Of a stretch of DNA of 64,000 bases, positions 58,801-64,000 are shown in pieces. Position 1 is the stretch's first letter. Every line of letters begins with the position of its first letter. The stretch is from assembly GCA_014360465.1 (NCBI GenBank), contig JACIXQ010000002.1:3719-67718 (forward strand), given 5' to 3'. Both the position numbers and the translations under genes were made by a program. The DNA comes from a bacterium (lineage in GTDB: Bacteria > Armatimonadota > JACIXR01). The notes beneath the pieces were generated by a model. That model searched no databases. It worked only from the letters and a program-made list of their open reading frames with translations, and had not been told where the DNA came from.

Positions 58801-61049
58801 GGAAGAACGCCCCTTATTTTTTACTTATACTCCTTTTGGTTCTCATTTTCTTCTACAAAGTTTTTCAGGGAAATGTTTTACTTCCTGCCGACCTTAGCCT
58901 TCGCCTTCAACCCTGGAGGAGCTATTCATTTTCTCTCTTTCCTGAATTCAGAAAAGTATACAATCCCCTTTTGGATGTCATCCTCTACTTTTATCCCTGG
59001 CGAGTTCTTTTGGAAAAAAGCCTGAAAGAAGGCTACATTCCCCTCTGGAGCAGTTACAACTTCTCAGGTCAGCCATTTCTTGCGAATATGGCTTCAGCTT
59101 GCCTTTACCCCTTCAACTGGTTATTGCTCTTCATCCAAGCGCACTGGTTGATGACGATAAGCATCATCTTTCATTTCCTCATCACGGGAATTTTTGCCTT
59201 TCTGTTTTTCTCTTCATTAGGACTTAAAAGAAGCTCCGCACTTCTGGGAGCAATAATCTGGACATTTTCTGGACCAATGGTCGCATGGGCTGAGTATCAA
59301 ACACCTATCGCATCAATGAGCTGGTTCCCTCTTATGCTTTTTTGCTTTAGAACCTTCATCATTAAAAGAAAATATATCTATGCCCTTTTAGCCGGTTTTC
59401 CCCTCGCTTTGAGCATCCTTGGTGGTCATACCCAGTTTGCCCTCTATGGCTGGCTAGCCTTTACTTTTTTCGCTATCTTCCAATCAATCATTGAGAAAAA
59501 CTTTAAAGAAGGTTTCATAGGTCTGTTTATATCTTTATCCACTGGATTTGTTCTATCATTACCACAGCTTTTACCTTCATTTGAACTTGCGCAAAGAAGC
59601 CACCGCTCGCTTGGTTCTTCCTTCTCTGACCTTTCATCAACCGCGATGCCTTTAGGTCATCTATGGACATTCCTTGTCCCAAATTTTTTCGGCAATCCCG
59701 TAGACTATGATTACAGAGGCGCCTTCAATTATGTGGAACTTTGTGGATACTTTGGGCTTTTGCCTTTCTTCCTTGCACCCTTTGCTTTAACAAGGAAAGA
59801 AGGAAAATTTTTCCTTTTCCTCGCTCTTGTCGCGCTCCTTTTCTCTTTAAAGACGCCTCTTCTTAGAATCCTTACCTTTCTGCCCATTTTCTCCTATCTT
59901 GCCGCTCCAGCAAGGTCGCTTTTCATCGTCTCTTTCTCCTTCGCTGCCTTGGCAAGTTTTGGATTTGATAGGTTGAAAGAAATACCTCCAAAGGTTCCCC
60001 TATATATAGCCTGCATATTACTCTTGCTTTTGGGATTGGGCATTTCTCTAAACGCCGAAACCATCGGCTTCCCATCATCTTTTGCCCTTATAAGTTTTTT
60101 GATTCTCACGACTCTATCTTCCATTTTCTTAAAACTGAAAAAAGTCTTTCCCGTTGTTCTGCTTTCTATAATTGATATGTTCGCTTTTGGCATCAGGTTC
60201 AATCCAGCTATATCGCCCGCTATGCTTTTCCCTTCCACTCCCGCCACGGAAAGGCTTTCCTCCCTTCCATCAAAAGAATATCGCTTCCTTGCTCTTCCCG
60301 GCGTAAAAGACCCACTTGACACGCTCCTGCCTAATTGCAATATCCTATTGGGTTTGAGAGAAATTCAAGGTGGTGATTCTCTCTATCCCTTGCGTGTTCT
60401 CCGATTTGCCCAACTCATCAATAAGAATCAGAAGAGAAGCAATGCTCTTTATATAACCAATCCCTTTTCTTTCCTTCTGGACATCGCCGGCATTAAATAT
60501 ATTTTCTCCCGTAAGCCCTTGAAAAACTCAAAATTTTCTGCTGTTTATGAAGGCGTTTTCTATCTATACGAAAACAAATCAGCTTTCCCACGCTTTTATC
60601 TATCAGCTGAAACGATAAATTTTCAGAAAGAACGGTCAGCTTTAAAAGCTTTGCCAATTTTAAATAAAAGAAAGGATGCGCTAATATTGGAAGGAGGAAT
60701 AGCCCTTCATAGAGGCATGCCTTCTTACTCGGTTAACATCGAAAAAGAGAGAGAGGGTTTTGTGAGGTTAAGGGTTAAATGCGACAGGGAATCATATCTT
60801 TTGATGAACGAAACATTTTACCCTGGCTGGAAAGCCTTCGTTGATGGAAAGGAGGAAAAAATCCTACCGGCAAATTACTTGTTCCAATCCGTTCATCTTG
60901 CTCCTGGAGAACACGAGGTTGTCTTCGCCTATCGCCCAACTTCCTTTAAAATAGGGCTTTATCTCGCTTTACTGGGGATAAGTTCAATAGTAGCTTTCTT
61001 GTACATAGAAGGCAAAAGGAGAATTCGCTCAATGGCAAAGCGGGCATAG
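58797..61049 (+). CDS. Large polytopic membrane protein, YfhO-family-like (putative)
   Basis: 750 aa with at least 14 hydrophobic helices. N-terminal pattern PADLSLRLQPW...YIPLWSSYNFSGQPFLAN resembles YfhO-family proteins. TTG start overlaps the upstream stop. Confidence 0.45.
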   Translation: MRKNAPYFLLILLLVLIFFYKVFQGNVLLPADLSLRLQPWRSYSFSLFPEFRKVYNPLLDVILYFYPWRVLLEKSLKEGYIPLWSSYNFSGQPFLANMASACLYPFNWLLLFIQAHWLMTISIIFHFLITGIFAFLFFSSLGLKRSSALLGAIIWTFSGPMVAWAEYQTPIASMSWFPLMLFCFRTFIIKRKYIYALLAGFPLALSILGGHTQFALYGWLAFTFFAIFQSIIEKNFKEGFIGLFISLSTGFVLSLPQLLPSFELAQRSHRSLGSSFSDLSSTAMPLGHLWTFLVPNFFGNPVDYDYRGAFNYVELCGYFGLLPFFLAPFALTRKEGKFFLFLALVALLFSLKTPLLRILTFLPIFSYLAAPARSLFIVSFSFAALASFGFDRLKEIPPKVPLYIACILLLLLGLGISLNAETIGFPSSFALISFLILTTLSSIFLKLKKVFPVVLLSIIDMFAFGIRFNPAISPAMLFPSTPATERLSSLPSKEYRFLALPGVKDPLDTLLPNCNILLGLREIQGGDSLYPLRVLRFAQLINKNQKRSNALYITNPFSFLLDIAGIKYIFSRKPLKNSKFSAVYEGVFYLYENKSAFPRFYLSAETINFQKERSALKALPILNKRKDALILEGGIALHRGMPSYSVNIEKEREGFVRLRVKCDRESYLLMNETFYPGWKAFVDGKEEKILPANYLFQSVHLAPGEHEVVFAYRPTSFKIGLYLALLGISSIVAFLYIEGKRRIRSMAKRA

Positions 61050-62416
61050 CTGAAAAGAGTTAAAGGCGAGGGGGAATGAAGGATTGTCCGAAAGATGTAG
61101 CGAGGGCGAAGGTAAAACCTAAATATAGCCTTCCTCCTCCACCTCAAGAGTTCCTCCCTTGAAATATAGAATGTCCTAGCGATTGGTATAGAATGGTCGT
61201 AACCTTGAAAATCGCCCTCTATTAGATTCTTTTCCCTAACGATGTCATAAAGAACAGTTCCCGGAAAAGGAACAGCGAGATGGAATTCGGCATAATCGGA
61301 GTCAAGCTCGAGAGCAAATTTGATAGTCTCAAAAACATCTATCTCCCTTTCCCAAGGCAGACCGAACAAATAAAAAGCATAGGATTTGATTTTGTATTTT
61401 TTGCACAATTCAACTGCTCTTTTCGCATCCTCTTTTGTTATTGCCTTGCCCATAAGGTTAAGAATCCTCTGGGAACCACTTTCAATTCCCAATGATATAA
61501 GCCAGCATCCAGAAGCTTTCATCCATCTCAATCTCTCCTCATCCAGGGTATCTACCCGGCTATTACACACCCACTTTATGTTGAGGTTCCGCCTCAAGAT
61601 CTCCTTACAGATTTCAATAACCCATTCTTTATTCCAGGTAAAGGTATCGGCGCGGAAGAAAAAGTTTCTTATATTGAACTTGTTGATACATTCCTCTATC
61701 TCATCAACGATGTTTTTGGGAGAACGAAGCCTTAGCTTTCTGCCAGATAATTTGCCAGCAAGACAGAAAACACACTGTCCTGGACAACCTCTATTAGTCT
61801 GTATCGTCGTCTGCGGTTCATTGGTGTCCGGTCTTTTATAGAGGGAATTGTCAAGAAGATGGCGGGCTGGAAAAGGAAGAGAATCAAGGTCCTCAATGAA
61901 TTTTCTATCCGGATTCCTTATTATCCTTCCATTAGAGCGGAAAGTTATCCCCTCTATTTTGTCAAGCTGATAACCTTGTGCCAATTCCTTCACCGTTTCT
62001 TCCACCTCACCCCGTAGCGCTATGTCCAGATAAGGATGCTTTTTTAATGCCTCCTCATCAAGAACTGTAATATGTCCTCCTTTTGCAGCTGTTATTATTG
62101 AGGGATTGAGTTTTTTAGCAATTTCACAGGCTTTCATATCAAGTTCAAATGTAGGGGTTGTTACGCTCACAATCAGGATGTCCGGGGAGAAAATCTCCAA
62201 GTCCCTCTCTAAAGCACTCCAACCTTTACCCTCGACTGGGTAATCTTTAATCCGGCATTCCACCCCTTCCTGCTCAAGAACCGCTGCTATGTAAGCAAGG
62301 TCAATCGGTGGTCTGGGCGCAGTAGCTGTAAGTCCCTTGACCGGGACTTGACATCTATCTTCTCTTATGTATAAACCAGAGGGTGGATTTATCAGTAAAG
62401 CCCTTTTTAACCTCAA
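60959..62416 (-). CDS. B12-binding-domain radical SAM enzyme
   Basis: 485 aa. N-terminal cobalamin-binding Rossmann-like domain (RLKRALLINPP, DILIVSVTTP). Radical SAM CxxxCxxC cluster motif in RGCPGQCVFCLAG. Confidence 0.75.
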   Translation of the reverse strand: MRLKRALLINPPSGLYIREDRCQVPVKGLTATAPRPPIDLAYIAAVLEQEGVECRIKDYPVEGKGWSALERDLEIFSPDILIVSVTTPTFELDMKACEIAKKLNPSIITAAKGGHITVLDEEALKKHPYLDIALRGEVEETVKELAQGYQLDKIEGITFRSNGRIIRNPDRKFIEDLDSLPFPARHLLDNSLYKRPDTNEPQTTIQTNRGCPGQCVFCLAGKLSGRKLRLRSPKNIVDEIEECINKFNIRNFFFRADTFTWNKEWVIEICKEILRRNLNIKWVCNSRVDTLDEERLRWMKASGCWLISLGIESGSQRILNLMGKAITKEDAKRAVELCKKYKIKSYAFYLFGLPWEREIDVFETIKFALELDSDYAEFHLAVPFPGTVLYDIVREKNLIEGDFQGYDHSIPIARTFYISREELLRWRRKAIFRFYLRPRYIFRTILHSPSPLTLFSYARFAIERILLLPSMYKKATIELIPSKAR

Positions 62417-62418
62417 TT

Positions 62419-63642
62419 TTATCCCTTCTCCCTTACCTCCTTAACGGTTTGTAGAAGGGCGAGGATATTTTCCACAGGGACATTAGCCTGTATGTTATGT
62501 ATTTGACAAAAAACGAACCCACCACCCTCGGCAAATATCGCGATTCTCTCTCTTATATGTTCACTGACTTCCTTAGGAGAAGCAAATGGTAAAATTCTCT
62601 GGGTGTCGCAACCTCCCCCCCAAAACACTATATCCTTCCCGAATTCCTTCTTCAATTTCTCCGGTTCCATATTGCGGGCAGATGTCTGGACGGGATTGAG
62701 GATATCAACTCCAGCCTCTATCAGATAGGGAATCAGCTCATAAATTCCTCCACAGCTATGAAGGAAGACATATACATTTGGTGCTTTTTTATGGACAAAT
62801 TCGTAAATCCTTTTATGGGCAGGGAAAATGAGTTCCTTATAAAGGCGAGGAGAGAGCATCGGACCGTTCTGTGTTCCCAAATCATCTCCCATCTGGATAA
62901 TCTGGATATAATCACCCACAGCATCCAGATAAAGCTCAAGATTTTTTAAATGACCTTCAACCATCTTCTCTATTAAAGCTTCGACAAGGGGCTTGTTGGA
63001 AAGCAAGGCTGACATAAAATTCTCCCATCCCATAAGCGTTTGCCCACTTTCAAGGATATTACCACCAAATGAACCCATAATTGCGTAGTCCGTATTCTCA
63101 TAAAGATATTTTGCTTCCTTTCTTAAAGCAGTGAGCGTTTCCTCGCTCATCACGCCCATCTCCCATTTTTCTATGTCCTTAACCGATTCAACATTTGCCA
63201 AGGGATGGTAAACGCCATCAAAGTAGAAGCCATCTGCGGGCATCCGAGCTGTGACCACGCCGCCTTCAACGATGTAGCGACTCCCGTCCCTCTCTTCTTC
63301 TATGTTGTAATTAGCCGGTATCAAAGTCATAGTTCTTTCTTCATCGGGCAATGGATAGGGTTTCCAGCCCCAAATATGGTCTGCCATTACTTTCTCAGTG
63401 TCAAGAGCGATAACATCTATCCCAAACATTCTCCTTATATCCTCGTCTACCCAGGCAAGTTGTTGCCCCACATCATATACCCTGATGCCGTTAAGAGGTA
63501 GACCAAGAGCTTTGCGCAACTTAACATAGGCTATAGCCATTATCCCGGTTGACCGCATCCCTCCAAGGTCCCAGGGCAATATGTCCGGTTCTTTATGTTT
63601 CAAAGCTGTTAAAACCCTTTCTCTCGGTGTCACTCTTATCAC
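62419..63642 (-). CDS. URO-D-like (MtaA/CmuA family) protein, paralog 3
   Basis: 407 aa. LHSCGGIYELIPYLIEAGVDILNP matches the URO-D HSCG-type motif, and the barrel is collinear with paralogs 1 and 2. Confidence 0.65.
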   Translation of the reverse strand: MIRVTPRERVLTALKHKEPDILPWDLGGMRSTGIMAIAYVKLRKALGLPLNGIRVYDVGQQLAWVDEDIRRMFGIDVIALDTEKVMADHIWGWKPYPLPDEERTMTLIPANYNIEEERDGSRYIVEGGVVTARMPADGFYFDGVYHPLANVESVKDIEKWEMGVMSEETLTALRKEAKYLYENTDYAIMGSFGGNILESGQTLMGWENFMSALLSNKPLVEALIEKMVEGHLKNLELYLDAVGDYIQIIQMGDDLGTQNGPMLSPRLYKELIFPAHKRIYEFVHKKAPNVYVFLHSCGGIYELIPYLIEAGVDILNPVQTSARNMEPEKLKKEFGKDIVFWGGGCDTQRILPFASPKEVSEHIRERIAIFAEGGGFVFCQIHNIQANVPVENILALLQTVKEVREKG

Positions 63643-64000
63643 TCTCCTAAAAATTTTTTCAATGTTAGCGCATTTCTTACAGCATATCCATATGCATCGT
63701 TATTGAAATAAATATACACATCCTTCCCCTGATTTAGCCAGTCAAGGATATACACAGCATCTCTTTGAAGTTCTTCATCCGAATAATTGGATGCATAAAG
63801 CGCCACTGCTCCATGACGACGAATGTATAAGAAGTTCGCCGTTTCTTCAACCTCTATTTTGGGTGCTTTGTATTTGATTATGCCTACCTCCTGTGGCTTA
63901 TCCCTTAATTCAAGAATAAAAGGCCAATCAGCGAGTGCAAGGGCATAGCCGTGACGACGCAATATCTCGTATACCTCATTACAAAACCATGTTTTCTCCC
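63639..64000 (-). CDS. DUF72 (UPF0759/YecE-like) family protein, partial (N-terminus beyond window end)
   Basis: The frame stays open to position 64000; the listed start at 63962 is a TTG codon inside the gene. The C-terminal YIYFNNDAYGYAVRNALTL is typical of DUF72. Confidence 0.55.
   Translation of the reverse strand, partial: EKTWFCNEVYEILRRHGYALALADWPFILELRDKPQEVGIIKYKAPKIEVEETANFLYIRRHGAVALYASNYSDEELQRDAVYILDWLNQGKDVYIYFNNDAYGYAVRNALTLKKFLGE

Noticed and set aside
1-64000. Whether the window is archaeal, given nurA/herA, apgM and trmI
   Set aside because: Fused SecDF, RelA/SpoT, RecJ, Dtd, SEDS RodA/FtsW, BCCP, a consensus sigma70 -35/-10 promoter and Shine-Dalgarno AAGGAGG sites together indicate a bacterium.

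Overview
This is a bacterial chromosomal window, not a mobile element. Bacterial hallmarks include a fused SecDF, RelA/SpoT, RecJ, Dtd, a SEDS RodA/FtsW-like protein, BCCP and canonical sigma70 promoters. Coding is dense, with about 45 genes, two tRNAs and no CRISPR array, IS element or integrase that I could see. Several housekeeping loci are present. One is hisD-HAD-hisB. A second is secDF, a CDF transporter, recJ, relA and dtd in a Firmicutes-like arrangement. Further along are tRNA-Ala, an archaeal-type iPGM (apgM) with trmI, then hom-thrC and accB with tRNA-Met. Between these sit many secreted carbohydrate-active enzymes: GH39-like clan GH-A hydrolases, a GH42-like enzyme, an NPCBM+GH36-like enzyme, a GHL10/DUF187 protein and CBM-bearing hydrolases. 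There is also a sugar catabolic cluster (AraA-like isomerase, Gfo/Idh/MocA oxidoreductase, amidohydrolase, FGGY kinase), three paralogous URO-D-like (MtaA/CmuA-family) proteins, and a membrane-protein cluster (tandem GT-C-like paralogs flanking a SEDS gene, plus a YfhO-like protein). The stand-out is a tightly translationally coupled, archaeal-type four-gene operon nurA-herA-mre11-rad50 (8693-15523). Its Rad50 has no CxxC zinc hook and instead carries a predicted two-helix hydrophobic hairpin at the coiled-coil apex, so it may be membrane-anchored. All calls are from reading the sequence and translations by eye. No database searches were run.
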